Both the position numbers and the translations under genes were made by a program. A stretch of 63,793 nt of DNA, counting the filler, from Octopus bimaculoides (taxonomy: Eukaryota), in NCBI RefSeq assembly GCF_001194135.2. It is 9 parts of 9 records of this genome, joined end to end, with 100 filler letters (N's around TTAATTAATTAA, not from the genome) between each part and the next. Parts side by side here need not be neighbours in the genome. Positions count along the whole stretch, not along the records: positions 62,019 to 63,793 come from NC_068989.1; 8 more parts are not named here. One strand, written 5' to 3'. The notes below the pieces were generated by a model. The model was not told where the DNA came from, ran no database searches, and saw only the letters and a list, made by a program, of their open reading frames with translations. Shown here in pieces: positions 62,673 to 63,793 of this stretch (positions are counted from its first letter, which is position 1; each line of letters begins with the position of its first letter).

Positions 62673-63517
62673 TTCGTGTTCTGATCAATAAGTATCCGGC
62701 TTGTTGCCATGGTAACGAAGCTAAAGCATGCAGAGTAAAGCTGCTTGACACTGTTTTAATGATCTAGCTTGACACTGTTTTAATGATCTAGCTCAATCCA
62801 CTGTTTACAGCCGTGCTTGGAAGGAAGGTGTGTAGCGTGTGATCTTCGCATTCACCATGAGAGAGGAAGTTGAGCAAAGAATCTGCATCAAATTTTGCCA
62901 AAAGCTTGGCGGTACCTGCTCAGAAGCTTGCGCAAAATTTTCAAAAGGCTTCCGTCGTTCTGGACACAATCTAGGAGATCTTTTTGGTCAGATGAAAGCA
63001 GTTTTGGCGCAAACTTGCCAGAGATGCGTCTTATACCCAAATCATCACTTATAACAGATTGAACTGAACTGTAACTATTCTGCACAACCTCTGATAACTT
63101 ACGGATGGTGATTCGGCGATTTCCCCTTACAGCTGCACGCACATCGATGTTTTTCTCAGTTCTGCTGGTTGTGGGTCTCTCAGAAGGTTCGCCAGTATCA
63201 ACATATTTTCGGCCATCATGGAAACAACTGAACCATTTGTACACTTGTGTGCAGCTCATACACTTTCTGTAACTTTGCGTAGGCCTCTGAGCATGTATCG
63301 CCATGACAACTTTCTCAATTATGATCAATGCGATATCACACGCTACCCACCTTCCTTCTAAGCGCTACTGTAAACAGAGGAAGTGAGTTAGAACGTTAAA
63401 AGTTAGTGCGCATGCACAGCAATGTTCAAGGTCAATCTTTGCCAAGCGGCTTTACTCTACGTGCTCTAGCTTCGTTACCATGGCAACAGTCCGGAAACTT
63501 ATTGATCAGACCTCGTA
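62673..63517. mobile_element. Mariner derivative made of two converging 5' halves
   Basis: TIR-like tctgatcaataagt at 62680 (+) and its reverse complement ending cctcg-TA at 63515-63517; plus arm MREEVEQRICIKFCQKLG; minus arm QVYKWF..FHDGR..RRITIRKL..VPKLL-like FAPKLL..DLLDCVQND. Confidence 0.85.
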
Positions 63518-63582
63518 GTGCATGCATTTAATTGGCAAAATATTACCATCCCTAAGTATAACAATATGTGTGTATGTGTATT

Positions 63583-63793
63583 CTTTTATTCTTTTACTTG
63601 TTTTAATCATTTGACTGCGGTCATGCTGGAGTACCGTATTGAAGGGTTTTAGTCAAACAAAGTCGACTCCAGGGCTTATTTTTTTAAAAGCCTGGTACTA
63701 ACTGTATCGGTCTTTTTTTTCCCGAACCGCTAATTTACGGTGACGTAAACACACCAACATCGCTTTTCAAGCGGTGATGAGAGGACAAGCACA
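63583..63793 (-). mobile_element. SINE family 1, 3' half, cut by the window end
   Basis: Reverse complement of the family 1 tail. Confidence 0.85.

Overview
Repeat-rich eukaryotic DNA, almost certainly Octopus (inferred from hemocyanin resembling Enteroctopus dofleini functional units, a cephalotocin-type receptor exon and typical octopus SINE families). Eight identical 100-bp spacers (44 N + TTAATTAATTAA + 44 N) split the window into nine separately assembled pieces, so gene neighbourhood across them is not evidence of real linkage. Supported host-gene fragments: (1) last exon of a C-type lectin-domain gene (5647-5885,+); (2) last exon (TM7 + tail) of an oxytocin/vasopressin-family cephalotocin-type GPCR (9139-9422,-), absent from the ORF track; (3) hemocyanin exons (56471-59668,+) assembled as FU-c, gap, end of FU-a, FU-b; (4) a probable M12B (ADAMTS-like) metalloprotease exon with a 14-Ala tract before an RRKR furin site (61411-61774,-). 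The rest is microsatellite, SINEs and decayed Tc1/mariner, hAT, Helitron, Penelope, R4/Dong, RTE and L1/Tx1 elements. The most interesting new candidate is a textbook recursive splice site (branch point + long pyrimidine tract + CAG|GTAAGT) followed by a 124-nt exon with stops in all frames (31579-31745), on the same piece as a cluster of three CRE palindromes (27591-28329). No prokaryotic features, CRISPR array, rRNA or true tRNA genes were seen. Family names rest on my recall of motifs, not on database searches.
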